Below are positions 36,343-50,508 of a stretch of DNA of 64,000 nt, in pieces. This DNA comes from Kudoa neothunni (lineage: Eukaryota > Animalia > Cnidaria): positions 9,965,248 through 10,029,247 of the forward strand of contig OZ199840.1 of the NCBI GenBank assembly GCA_964304625.1. The letters are read 5' to 3'. Numbering within the stretch: position 1 is the first letter of the stretch; each line of letters opens with the position of its first letter. Both the position numbers and the translations under genes were made by a program. Below the pieces are notes generated by a model. The model searched no databases. It was not told the origin of the DNA and was given only the letters and a program-made list of their open reading frames with translations.

Positions 36343-38613
36343 CCCATAGCGATTTTCATATTTAACTTGCGAACAGAGCATAATTATTAATGATACAGCG
36401 TAGAATATTTCTTATAGAATTATGTGGGAAGTTTGAAAATAATCCAAACTACTAAAGGGCACGATAAACCACCGACGTGCGTTTTCCAATTAAACGTTCA
36501 TGTGTTTGCGCCGAGGAAAAATACAATAATATATTAATAGAATGACAAAATATTATGAATTATGATAGATCCTTGAATATGTGATATGCATATAATTTTT
36601 GCACTTCATACACAAATAGATAGTGGTGTTTTTTACAAACAACGCATTTGTGCCTTTTTTCAATGGGTCTGCGCTCGTTGTTAACCAATCACATAACAAC
36701 ACAGCGTGAATATTTACTAGAGATGATCTTCTAGTAATTTTTTCATTTCGGATCATATTGGCTACAATACGCATAATATGTGTCGATACTTTTATGTCTC
36801 ATTTATTCCTATAATTGAGCCATATGCAGGAATTGACCGCTGCCATTGAGATAATATTTGTGAACAAGGGCCAGTACCAATTTTCCCAACGAATTTTTAC
36901 TCTGTAACTGGATATATTATTGTCTGCGATGTCAACACCTCCCATATGCTTGTTATACATACATGAGACATATAGATGAACTATCGTCGTGTAGCACTTT
37001 CTTGTTTTACAATAAAGCGTTATATACTGGATTGATTCAACAGAAAGCACATTAATATGAAAGGGAATTGGTTTTGTATCGTTGTAATAAACGCAATTTA
37101 TTTTGGTTGAGCGATCTTCGTACGACTCATAATAACCACTAGGTTTCTTTTCCATTATCTTAGGATCTGCTAAGGGACATTTATATCTCTCTTCTTCTAT
37201 TCAGCTATCAATTTATAAGAGTTGAAAAAATTGTCGAATAAAGATGTCATTTCTTCCTTCAAGTTCTTCAACAAATTTTAACACAAAACTGCCACCTAAA
37301 CCAAGACTTTTGTGATACGATTCTTCCTTACCGGTGTACACATTAAAATTGTAAATATAACCATCAGAAGATGTTTAAAGCGAAAACGAACCGGTTTCCC
37401 TTTTATGTACATTTCGCAATATGATGGCCTTTGTATGGTATCATTTTTTCGTCAATCGCGAAGTTATTATGGAAAAAAACCAGATTTTTTATGATTTTTA
37501 TTCATTTTTTCAATGAATGGTCTTACTTTGAAAGGTTTATCAGTCTTATCCTACTTTGAATTGTCGTTAAAATGTAGATATTTTTTATTAATTTGAATCT
37601 ATTGTATGACATTGACTTTTTCACAAATTCGACGCCAGCGTCCATAACAGATTCCCAATACATATGATGCTGGGATCATTTATTATATCCTGTTAATAAT
37701 AAAATGCCGATGAAACATTTGAGTTCCCTTATCGTCAAAGGAAATTTATGGTCGTTCTTTTGTTGAGCGTATAAATTTGTTTCTTTAACGATATGCAATA
37801 ACAAGTTTTCGTCAAAAAATTCCAGAAAACTTTCATATGACTCATACATGTTCGAATCATCATTATCGATAATATTTATTATACTGTGGATTATCATATC
37901 TTCATTTATTGAGTTTGTCAACGAATTATAATGTGGGATGATTTTACGCCATCTGACTCCGCCATTTTCAATTTTTTCATCATGCTCGACGTTAATTAAA
38001 GTTTCCATTTCGCCGCATATCTCAGGGACAGTTCCAATCTCAATGTTGTCGTAATCTCTGTGGACGAACTCATCCTCTTCATCGGTCAATGTATCCACAT
38101 GATCTGAAGGTATGACCATAAAATCAACCGTATTTGGTAATTCATCGATATTTTCAATATTTTCGATGGCATCGACTAAGTTTCTGTACCTCATCTTAAA
38201 GCTTCCACCTTGAGGTTAACAAAAAGATTAATTGAGAAATCGCATGCCGGTAGTTTATCGTGCTCTTTTCGGCATTGTTTTATGTTGGTAATTATTTGTA
38301 GCTCTCTTATATATTATGTTTAATTCTTTATTTATATTAAACTTCTGTTAATATATTATTATATACTAAAAATATAATATTTTTAAATAACAGTTTAGTA
38401 GAATTCCTGTTCTATTTGTACGTTGTCGCATTACAAGGGTAGTACAGAACAGTATCTGACACAATGTAGAATATATTTAACGAATATTTTTATATAATAT
38501 AGAAATTATACATATGAATCGTATATCCTAGAATTACATTATTAAACAAATTATTGTAAGATATAGAGTGGTGTGAAGATTGTGCCGAAATGGGAACGAA
38601 AAACCGCCATGGG
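36343..38613 (-). mobile_element. piggyBac element A (defective), copy 2, uninterrupted 2271 bp
   Basis: TTAA|CCCATAGCGATTTTC...AAAAACCGCCATGGG|TTAA; same broken transposase as 7719-14050. Confidence 0.92.
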
Positions 38614-41600
38614 TTAATTAGTGTGTAATTACGATGTATTACGTCGTTTAAGAATACTTTATTTATAAAAAATATTTAATTTGGTATGTTAAAAACAGTT
38701 GCTGGGTTGAGGGTTATTATAAATAAATTTCTTTATCAAATTTATCAGTTGTTTTAACCGGCTAACGATCTCAAAAACGGTGCCCATGTTACACTTAACA
38801 AATGTGTAAAATTACCCAAAAAAACGATAGAGGATAAAATTTTTTCTTTTCGATATTTGATTCCAATTTGTTTGGTAAAAGTAAATCATTGTATGCCCCA
38901 GAAATAACGAACATTTGGCAATATTTAATGATCGATATAAAAAGATATAATGAATACAAAATCGTTAGAGGATTAATAATTAAATTGAAAAAAGGTGACA
39001 TCCTTCTTCAGTTTTTAAGTTTCAGTTTTTTTAGATTCGTATGTAGATTCTTTAAAGAATTTTCGATTTTGGTAATTTCATTAAATTAATAAAAGCATAT
39101 GTATGGGTGAGCTATTATTTCATCAATTGGAAGTCTCAAAATTACGATTAACCAAATTTTGAATAAATTACTTATTCATCTATGTTTTTAATTTAAAATT
39201 AATAAAATTTTAACATATGACAATGAAACGCTAGGGATTTTTTGAAATAGTCTGTGATGAATGAGGATGCAGTTTGTTAGAGCGTTTTTAAAATATTAAT
39301 GGTATCCAAAAATGTATTTGACGTAAATTAATTCCTCAAAAGATATAAAATTTACTAAAAGACTTTAACTTGATTTAAAATTATGGATAACACAGTTTTG
39401 TAGAATGGAATATGTTGTTTTTAGTAAGAGAATCTAATATTTTAAAATTGGTGTAAAAGTTGTGGATGGTTAACGTGAGGTATATATAAATAAATCTCTT
39501 CTTCTTCGTTTAATCATTTTATTACGGTACTTGATGATATCATATAATATTTCAAAAGTCATTCAGTATTTTTCTATCATAATAATATGTAGAGTTGATC
39601 ATCAGCTTTGATAATTCTTTGGTTTTAAAAATAAGAAAATAAAAATTGATATTTTTTATTGATAGAGACTAGAATTTAGGTCGTTATTTAGTTTTCGTAA
39701 TATAATTATCACAATATATTGTTCAACAGTCAAAATTTTAAATTAATTAGAACAAATTATTTTCAATCACGAATTTATTAGTCATTTTTATTTTATAGGT
39801 ACATTGTACTTAAATTATTCTGGCAATTCCAGTATGAATTGATTATTTACACTGCCGGTTTCTTTGTGTAATTTTAGTTGGTACAAAGTTTGTATTAAAT
39901 AGATAATGCTTTTTTTTAAATTCAAATATCTTCATTTACTATATAATATAGGTGACTTTGTATAAGGTTTCGCCCCTTCAGTGATTAGATGACAAGGAAT
40001 TCTTCTTTTGGCATATTTGAGTTATCCATCCAAAAACAAAATTCATTTGTTTTATTTAATTTAGTTTAAATAATGAAAAATTCTTCTGGATACAATAATA
40101 TACTATTTGTAGGATGTAATAAATACATTTTTAATAGTTTTTCTAAAGTAATTTATTGAGTAGGCTGAAATAGTTAAATATTGTTATTTCTATTAATTTA
40201 ACCAATTATATTTAATTTTAATATTCATTAGAAAAATCAGTAATTTTACATTGATTTTTTGGCGAAATTAATAAATTTTAGTTCAAAATTCAAAATTGGA
40301 TATAATTGAGATTACACGGAAAAAATATTGCGCAGTAGCGAGGTTCCGTTATTTGACTATTTTTTCATTTTATTTATGTTAATTAAAAGTAATTCTAATT
40401 GAGTTAACTAATTCAATTAAAATTTAAATATATATCAATTCTATTTATAAAATAAGGTAATATTTACTCATTTGATTTTAAACGCGTGGATGAAAACATT
40501 TTTAATAGTTAAAATAAAATATGAACTTTGAAGATCTACCAAAACTTTCTAACTGATATATAAAAGTTAACATATATTTAAACAATTCGGTATTCTCGAA
40601 ATTTAGATAAAAAACCGTATTTTGTTGATATAATATTCAATTTTACCCAATAAAATTCATGCCGAAATTTTGCTTAATATTGAATATCTAATATTATACC
40701 TTGTTTACTCATTAAATTATGAGTCTTAATTAGCGATGATGTATTACCAATTAATAATTGAATCTATAAATATGTTTAGCACTTTAAAAGTTACACTCTG
40801 ACCTGTAAAATACTCTATGGAATAGACTCAGCAAAGTGACCAATCAATAATCGATATAGGTGATAAATAACACCTTCAACAAACCAAAAGCAACAATGAG
40901 AGTACTGGCTAGATTTATTTTCATATTCTTTATTCTTTCTGCTATTACACAAGTTTTTCTGAGTACATAATTGACATTTTTCAGCAATATTTAATTTTCC
41001 TTAGTTCAAGAGATGAATACTAACGCTGAAGGACAACCTATATGGACTGAAGGAAAAATGAGAGATAGAAACTGTATTTCTCTTATCAGATATTTCTAAC
41101 TTTATTCTAGATATTCCTACTCCTGACGATGTCGAAGCAGATAAGTGAATAGGTCGGATTGACAATTAAATAATATTTATCACTTTATTGATTTGGTTTA
41201 TTCGAATAATACATTTTTATTGTTTCAAATATTCATTGAATCCATTTGAGCGTCATTAAAAATATAAACTCATAATTAATTAATTAATTTATTAATTAAT
41301 TAAATTAATTAATTAGTAAACTGTTTTTGAATAGTCATTCTTGATTTTTTGAGTGAATGGTGAACAAATTTTCTTAAAAGTTTTTAAAATTATTGCAAAA
41401 TTAATTTAATACTCAAGATTAGATTAATAGATTATTAGATCAAAAGGCACTAGAATTTATATTTAAAAAGCATTTAAAGTTTTTATGCGCGCTACACTCA
41501 AATAAATTAAATAATATACTCCACAACAATTTAAACTCTACATAAAGAAAGTAGCGAAATAATTAAAGTATTAAGCAATAAAATAATATAAAGAGGAGAG

Positions 41601-41748
41601 TTTTGGATTTAAGTATTACTTTCTAAATATTTCCTTTCCTAACTTTGTTGAATCCAAATAATCATAAAAATTACAGTAATTATTTACAAATAAATACAAA
41701 CTAATATAAAATAACTGTCAAATGCACAGAAAAAAAATCAAAAATCAA

Positions 41749-42647
41749 TTAAACAAGTACATATCGCAATGTAACAAACAAAATTATAATAATAATCATA
41801 AAAACCAATCCGTATTTTAGAAAAGCAGCTTTTCTATTTAAAAGTTGTGCATCTTTACGATATTTTTGAGAGTGATGCTTTAGATTTAGAGCTTTGTCGT
41901 CCAAACCTTAATTTTGATATAGCTTTTAAAATAATTTATCACAGTCTCTAATTAGTACTGGAGAGCCCTTTCCCGCGATTCAACACACTTTCAATATTCT
42001 CCATCAACATTTCATTGATGCTATTGAGTTCTTGGTTGAGTTGTTGTTGGTTGGATTCGTGAAGGCGTTGATTTGGATTACCAAATTGCCTTTTAGCCTC
42101 TTTTATATCATCATCTAAGGTGGGAAACAAATATTCTCACATCGTAAACAACTCAAATCGTTGCATACCAAAATCAATGAAACAATACGGTCTAATACTG
42201 GACATGATTTGATTTTGGTTGTATTTTTGTAGGAATCTACATTTAATTGTATCCAAAAATGAAAAAACATTTGTTCTTGGGAAATTCTTTTCTGTCACAG
42301 TCATAAAACATATGTTTTGATGTTTTATCCCACTAAAATTCGAAAATGCATTACACAATGTAAGGCATTTAATGAGAGAAGATTTTAAAAACACCCATAC
42401 TAGATAATCAACTGTCCAATGTCAACACTACATGGCCAAAATGATAGATCACGACAATTTTGTATGATGTGTTTCATTTTAGCGTGATATTCGCCCACTT
42501 GATCGTAACCCTTTATGTACAAACAATAGGACAAATAATTCAACCAAATAGTTTATAGTCGGTAGGATAGATTACAATTTCATTTGGTATCGACGTGGCT
42601 AAAATTAGAGCGTCATTTTCTCTAATCACCGCAGTGGTCAGATCCAT
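41749..42647 (-). CDS. SEC22: Vesicle-trafficking longin R-SNARE Sec22; 5 exons
   Basis: MDLTTAVIRENDALILATS longin start, RPYCFIDF, MENIESVLNRG (NIE motif plus zero-layer R), SQKYRKDAQLLN and a C-terminal TM helix. Confidence 0.9.
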
Positions 42648-45600
42648 CTTGTACCACGTCAGCCGGCTTAGCTTAGATACTATGGGTTTGGTTGCGCAAG
42701 CAAATTTGATCAATGCATATTCGCTGTCTTGTTTTCTCACCTTGGCGATTAACCAGCTCCTTTTTACTTGTTTTAATCAATAAAATGAACCTATTAAGCT
42801 TTTTTGATTGATAATAATATATTGATATTTTAATTAAAATAATAATCTTAAATATTTCTCCAAATAAGTTATAAGTAAGTCATTGAGTTTTGAGATGAAC
42901 GAAATGGTAGAATATCCGAAAAATCTGCAAAGAATTAGCGTACTTTATCTCTCATATTTAAAGGAATAATATTGTCATTTGACTTGGGGTCGAGAATTAA
43001 TCAATAAAATGACACCATAACAAAGAATATAAAGTTCAAATGAAAAGGTCGCAAATATTGTTAGTCAATTTCAATTTGATCTATCATCTATGGATGAAAA
43101 TCTGTATTATTATTATTAATGATAGTAATTTTACAAAATTAATAGTATCACAAATTATCCCTTTGCTCACTCCACATTATTATCAACATATCAACATATC
43201 AACATTATGGTGGAATGCCGTATACAAAAATAAACGGGGAAGAAAGAAATATTCATCTCATTAGCATTAAAATAGAATTATCTCTTTCTAGTTGCTTTGA
43301 TTAAAGTTATTTCATGTGAAATAACCTACGACATTCAAACTAAATATATGATCGCTGGAGACAAACAATTTGTCAACACTTACGGTGTGAATTAACTTGG
43401 TATAATCGAATTTTAACACACGAGTAACTATATAGACAATTTTTAAATAGATTAAAATAATAATTTTATTTTTTAAAGTCGTTTAAGGACGCGAATGTTG
43501 AATTATATGAAGAGTTTACGAACGATGACGTCATCCACCTATCGCCTAGTTGGTTCATTCCACGTATAAACACCAATTGATAAGAAAGAGCATGCGCTGC
43601 GTTGATGAGACTTTCAGTTCTGCTTCTGAAGCCGTTTGATGAAAGTACCACTCTGAGCATTTTCGGCATTTTCTTGGTGTTTAGAATCATCTAATTCAGT
43701 CGAGATAATGATAGGCGTTTTTATTGAGAGAGATTTGCAGTTGATTTCAGACAATTGAAATCACTCCCAAACAACGTAATGTAGTATAATGTGACTGTGA
43801 TATGTTGATTCGATCGACTTATTGCATTCGCCTCAGATTCATAGAAGACATGAGAGGATAGATAGCTTTCTGCTGCCTAAAATTTAAAATTCGCCAATGT
43901 TGCGCGTGCGTGGTAAATTTAACATCCTAATTTGTTATTCTGTATTGAGGAATCACTGTTATGTGATGTAGAGATGGTGATGGCTAATAAATATAAGTTG
44001 AACGATTAGGAATAGAGTAGATGTATATAATTAAAGAGAAATGTATTTTCAGAATTTAACGAATTTTCATTGATAGAAGCTGAGAATTTAGAAATAATTA
44101 AGCGAGGTTTAATTTAAATGATCTAATGCTCGGTTAACGATCTCATATTTGATTTTGTACTTGTTTAGTCGCGAGTAAGAAGGTTTACTTGAATACTCTT
44201 TGTATTGTAAAATTATGGTTCGCTGTAAATTGAGCCCTAAAACGATTTTTAACACAGCTAAAGGAAATCGCCTTATAAGGGGTGACAACGACAACAGCTT
44301 GGAGCATAATTGGATTTCTGTATTATTTCAGCTGATTTTTAAACTTTTCTCTGCTTTTTTATCGGTGTGAATCTCAGAGGTGATCAAAAATCAATTAATT
44401 TACAATAAATTATTTCAATTAACTGAAGTTATTGCAATTATTGGAAAACTATTGGTGATAATTCAATATCACCGGAGAACATTCGTATATCTCGGTTGAA
44501 AAATTTTCCATTAGTTATTTCGGTCGAAAATAAAAGTAACAAGAAATTTTCCATATTTTTAAAGATTAAGTTAAAGTTAGAAAATTTAATCGGTGGGTAT
44601 AATGTCTAAATAATTATATTCGAAATATCGTAGAGGATGTTCAGTATTTTATTAACTTAACTTATATTTATTGAAACCATCTAAAATTTGAACCACGTTG
44701 TGCAACGCGTAATTTGACATTTCTTGAAACCACATAATCAGGTGTTAATTGAAATCAAATTAACCCTCTGTACTGGGCGGAAAAAACTTGTTTAATGGTC
44801 TTTAGTTTCTTAGTGCCATGATTTAAACAATTTTTCAACAGTTTGTGAGATGTTCTGCATAGAAAATTAAATTGATTATGGAACGTTAGTACGCTTCCAA
44901 TGTGGGTCATGTGATGCACAAATATCGGCTATTTAAAATTAAGATAGAATTTAATTGTACAAAAATTAAAATTAAACATATTTTATCTAAAAAAAGTAGT
45001 TTGAAAAATGAAAACCACTTCAAAAGAAGAAATCATAAGTAAAATCGGAAACAACAAATTAACAATAAACGGATTAAAATGAATAAAGATATCTTGGCTC
45101 TAATTTGTAATTTATCGTAATTTTTAAGGCATATATATAAGGCACAGTTCAAATTAACTCTCGATATTTTATTTATACGTTCTTTTCGGACATAATTTGT
45201 TATTTGAAAACTTGATTTTTTGTGTTATTTCTGTTATGTAATCTTTGATTTTTACACTATTGCACTGTTTTAAAAAAATATTCCTTATAAATTTAATAAT
45301 ATAAGGCGTAGGTTTTCATAGTTACAAGGTTAGGTAAAACTACAGAAAATTCCACAATAGACTAAATCCAGAACATGATATCATGATATGCGAGTTTCTA
45401 TTGCAAAAACAATTCCTCATTTCGAATTATTCGACGAAATTAAACAAAATCAAGTCTCATTAATTGTAAGTTTTATTTTATAATATTATTAAATCACTCA
45501 TTCGTTTTAATCATAAAGGTGATGATCTCGCGGAGTTCTTCATAAGTGAATACCAGTTTTGTATATTATAAATTTAAAACAATAATTTTATTTTTTAATA

Positions 45601-46175
45601 AAAAACATTACATTTAAAGGAAAACATTATTTTTTTCATTAGTTTCTTTTTTATTACTTTTTTTATTATTGTAATTGGATTTTATCAAAGTTATAAAAAG
45701 TCGTTTCAGTATTAATCGACATACTTGTAGGTTTCTTATTTCTAAAATCATTAAAAATGTATTAACGAATTTAGAAATAAATATTTTGTTTTAAGATAAA
45801 TAATTCAGGAACATTTTCACTAAAACTCGCTTTTAGTGAACATTCTTTTTTAAATGGAGCTAGACTTGCAAAAGTATATGAAAGTTTATCAAATAAAACC
45901 ATTTTTAACAAAAATATTACTAGCAAAAATTTACATGAAATGGAATGCTTAGAGTTCCGTATTCGTTTAGTTTGGCTAATAGGGGGTCCGCGAGCCAAAA
46001 AGGTTGGGACTACTGTTTTAATAGATACAACTTTATTTTTGGTTGTATTTTAAACTAGCGATTTTCTTTACCTTGGGGTTTCAAATAAAATTTGGGGTTT
46101 TTGACCGTCCATCCTTGTTTTTTAAACCTCATTGGCAACCCTGACAATATCCAGAGACGACTGTATAGTAGATTC

Positions 46176-46435
46176 GTGGTTTTCAACTTTTTGAATTCTC
46201 AGATCCCATGATAAGCTCAAATTGTCTTGCTGATCCCCGTATATATTAAGGACATATTACAAAAAATTTGCATGCATTCATTTATATCAACTAAAGTATG
46301 TTATTCTTAAAATTTATTCAGCATCGCCTAGGACTTAGAAAACATATACATGTAAATTTATTCTTATTATTACTTTCTATATTCTTTCGGTGCTGCGGAT
46401 CCTTGGGGAATCTCCGATCACCGATTGACAACCTC
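46176..46435. mobile_element. Degenerate hAT-type MITE
   Basis: GTGGTTTTCAAC at the left end and ATTGACAACCTCT at the right end; further hAT-like ends nearby (GGTTGGGACTACTG ~46002-46015, TGGCAACCCTG ~46133-46143). Confidence 0.4.
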
Positions 46436-46665
46436 TACAGTAGATAGTAGATAAAGGATTTATTTTTGACGGGAAATTAACAAATCATATTAGAATATTT
46501 AATATGAAATCATAAAACAATAAGGTAATTATGGGGTTTAATATTTTAACTTAATATATTCATAAGTAATGAATCAAGTCGAAAATGAATTATACATTCA
46601 ATAACAATGTTTGCACACACATCGCCAAAAAGCGCTTATAATAGCTATATATATTGTTCATTGAT

Positions 46666-48044
46666 ATGTTGGTTGCTTTAATATATTTTGCTTCATTACA
46701 AATAATATCCTTGGGTAAATAAAGATATAACATTATACCTTTATTTAAATAAAAAAATAGAAAGGGCTTTGGATTCTTATAAATTAGATGTCGGAGAAGC
46801 TCCGGCTTGGATGACTCCAGACGAGAAAAAAAAAGCTATAGTTGATAGATGGTATGTGGACACAACTACCGCTACGTGCAAAAAATTTCAATATTCGGGT
46901 TCTCTAGGAAATTTTAACAATTTTGTGTCAAAAGCTGTTTGTCAATATCATCGTAATTCATAATATTAAACTCTTTATAACTTTGTCATTAGTAAAATTC
47001 ACACCCGAAGAGCAATCCAAAGCGTGTGGATTAGCCAAAGAAGAAGGTGTTTGCACAGTCGTTGAGGCGAATAAAAAAGAAAGATGGTATTTTTCAACGG
47101 CAGCGGTTGGTTCAGATGCTAGACTTAACTCATGTCACAAGTTTAAATACACTGGCTGTGGAGGTAACGCCAACAATTTTATGACTGAAACAGAATGCAA
47201 AAATGCTTGTCAAAGTATAAAGTTTGAATCACTGTGCTTATTATATAATGTCATAAAACGAATCTGCTTGATTTAGATAAAAAGAACGGTGGAGTAGTAG
47301 ATACTGTTCAAGATGACACTCTTACTCCAATTCCTAACAAGTTCGACTGTCTTTTCGCAGCTGAAGTGGATAATGCTACCCCAAAAATGGGAATTGTACT
47401 ACATAAGGACAAAAATAAATGCGTTTATGCTGCTATTGGTGATAAATCAGACAGAGGATATTTTGAGGAACTACCAAAATGTGTAGAAACGTGCATAAGT
47501 ATTTATTTTCGATGATACACATGTGATAATAGTAATAATTAGCGGATCTTGTTGCTGCTTGCAGCGAAACTCAACCATACCAAGTACCATCTGAAACAGA
47601 TATAAATCAATATAATGCAGTTACTGAATATTTTTATTTTGATAAAGAAAGAAGGATATGCCTCCCCTTCCTCTCAAAAACTCCAGAAGGAGATTTAGTT
47701 AAACTTGACGATGGTGCGAAAAATATATTTAGTTCTGCAGAGATTTGTGCTAGCTTTTGCCCTGCCAGTATATTATATTAATTAATTTTTCAGTATTATA
47801 TATTTGACCAAATTTAGCTGGTCATCTTGGTGACCTAACAGCGGTTGAAGTGTGTAAACAACCAAAGGTTGGGGAGTGGGCGTCTGGAGAAAAATACAAA
47901 TTTGCCAGACATTACTACAATGATTCTTCAAAGCAATGCGAACCCTTTAATTTTAACGGGAAAAAGATGAACTTGAATAACTTTGAGAGCAATAACGTCT
48001 GCGAGGCTATTTGCGAGACACCTTTAACTGCTAATACTGTATAA
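46666..48044 (+). CDS. Secreted penta-Kunitz protein, paralog 4 (no stalk); 6 exons
   Basis: Signal MLVALIYFASLQIISL; same five domains and intron positions as copies 1-3; D2 CGLAKEEGVCT..CHKFKYTGCGGNANNF..CKNAC; stops right after D5 (PLTANTV*). Confidence 0.88.
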
Positions 48045-49257
48045 TTTGGAGAGATTTCTTCATTTAAAATGACGATTTTAATTGCCGGATATATATTCAG
48101 TAGAATTTAGTGGGTTTCAATTTATCATTTATTTCTCTTTTTTCATTAAAATTTACTATAGGGATCAATTTAACTAATATCCATAGACATATAAACAAAC
48201 TCGGGTAATAGTATAAAATACAGCTATTATAAAAAATATGTATATATATATATAAATAGCGCGAAATCCCAACTTTTCCTGGTAGCAGATGATGGGACTC
48301 CTAAAGTTTTGGTTGTTTATTAAATGAATAAATCTCAATCGAAAATATATTTAAATACTAAGCTATAAACTTTAAATTTGTGTTTCTCTTTTTGCCTTGA
48401 TGCATTTTCAAATTTATTATATTCCAAACTTTAGCCATTTACTTTAATAAAACCATGGATAGATTTATATAAAAATCTAAATAGAAAAATATAAAAAAGT
48501 TGTTAATTATTTTAAATTCATTTTATAAATTATTGACATTAGATGACCTTCTAGATTATAGAAGTAATCAAAATTACTCTAAAACAAAATTGGTTAACAA
48601 AACCATTCAATAAATTAACATATTTAACTTTCTGTTCTTTCGAATTATATTTTGAAACAAATCCAACCTCTAACTTATAAAATGGAAGAAAAATCTTAAA
48701 ATTATAATAAATATATGTATAAAATGCAGATTTCAACACAAAAAATAATAATTCTAAATATCAACCATTTCTGATAATATTATGAATTATCTTAATCTGA
48801 TTTCAATCAAATGTCCGTAAGCGGGAAATTATGGCTTCGATGTTATATGAATTTTAAACTTTTAAATTAATCTATCCTTATTTCTTAATGTAAAAATTGT
48901 CCTGTTCAAAAATCTAATACATCATAAATTATATTAACATAATTTAATCGATGATATGAAGGTTTTTTGACTTCAAAATGTACAGTAATATTTAACAATC
49001 AATTGGTTTTATCGAATAACGACACTTGTTAAAAGATAAATGCATTATTTGATTGTTTTGGGATAATTTTTGTACTGAGTTATTTTTAAATTATTTAAAA
49101 CCTTGTAATAATATCGGATTTATAGAATTAATCATTAGTTTCGTATTTACTTACAGAATAACGCTTAATGAGAGTGAACTGCTTTATTTTCAATAGCACT
49201 CGTTAATCCAGATTCTAAAACTATCTGTAGCATGAGATGAATCATATTTCTGTATCC

Positions 49258-49951
49258 CAATGTTTCCCAACCTTTTTTCGATCACGTCCCCATTTCTATT
49301 GATAAAAGGTTCCGCGCCCCTTATTTTTCTAAAGTTTTCATTTGTAAATTTAAACTGCATATAATTTTGATTCAAACTTCATATCAAATCCAAATTTAAA
49401 AGTGATTAATATACATTTTTTTCATTAAAATTAAAATATGTTTGATCAGGTATAACTTAATTTATCGTTGAACCTTAAAAATTGACATCTTGAGTTCTTC
49501 ATTCTATCAAAAACAGCATTAAATGAAACTCGTAATCTTGCTCACATTAAGCAAGTCTTTCATGTACATGGGTCTTATAAACCCAAAAGAAATAATCTAG
49601 AGAGAATTCCCATCAACTTTATAATAGGTTAAATCAAAAATAGGGGAGAACACAGTTATAAATGAGACGAGATTGGTATTTAAACCATTCCGGCTCTATT
49701 TGGGTAAAGACCAAATTCAATCTTATATATTTGTTATAACTAATCGTTACTTTTGCTATTTTTTTATGATATTAATGGTCATTTAAAAATTAATACGATC
49801 AAAAATTGAGTTATTGATTTCAAAATGCCCCACATTGCCCAAATATCTCAACACTATCATTGCCGCATAATTTTTCGCGGTTTTCTGCGTACCTCTAGAG
49901 GTGTTCATTAAACGTTCAATATTTTCTATGCCCCGCCGGTGGGAAACATTG
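49258..49951. mobile_element. hAT-type MITE
   Basis: TIRs CAATGTTTCCCA / TGGGAAACATTG. Confidence 0.6.
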
Positions 49952-50508
49952 CATTAAATTATAAATAACAAAAATAAGACATTTTCTCTTATCGTTTATT
50001 TAATTTTGTTTCTTTTAGTATTAAAAATTCTCAAATTTAAGCCCCACAAATTTTTCAACTCTAAAAGAATTATTTTTACTTATTTTTATTTTTTATATAA
50101 AATTCTTATATGAAACATAAAGTTCATTTATATTTTTGTAATAATTAGGCCTATTAAAATAAATTAGCCAACTGTAGTGGTTAGAATTCAAAAATTTGGA
50201 ACTAGTAATTTATTAATTGCCTAAAAATTAAACATTTTAACAAAATTTTGTGAGGATATTTTAAAATATTTTGTATAATTTGGGGATTTATTTTGAAACT
50301 TTTCTCAAGCTAATCCATTAAAAATGACATTTATAGAATATGTAGTATATTTTATAACTTATTATAATATATAATATTAAATAACTCATTTTCCTAGCAT
50401 TACATTTATTATAAACATGACAACCAATGAATTTTTTATTTCATTAAGTTTTTTCTTTATTCATTTTAAATTAAAAGAACACTAAGAAAAATTATTCAAA
50501 AATATTAA

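Noticed and set aside
38620-41700. Hidden gene in the long AT-rich interval
   Set aside because: Only short low-complexity ORFs; no recognisable motifs or consistent exon chain seen.
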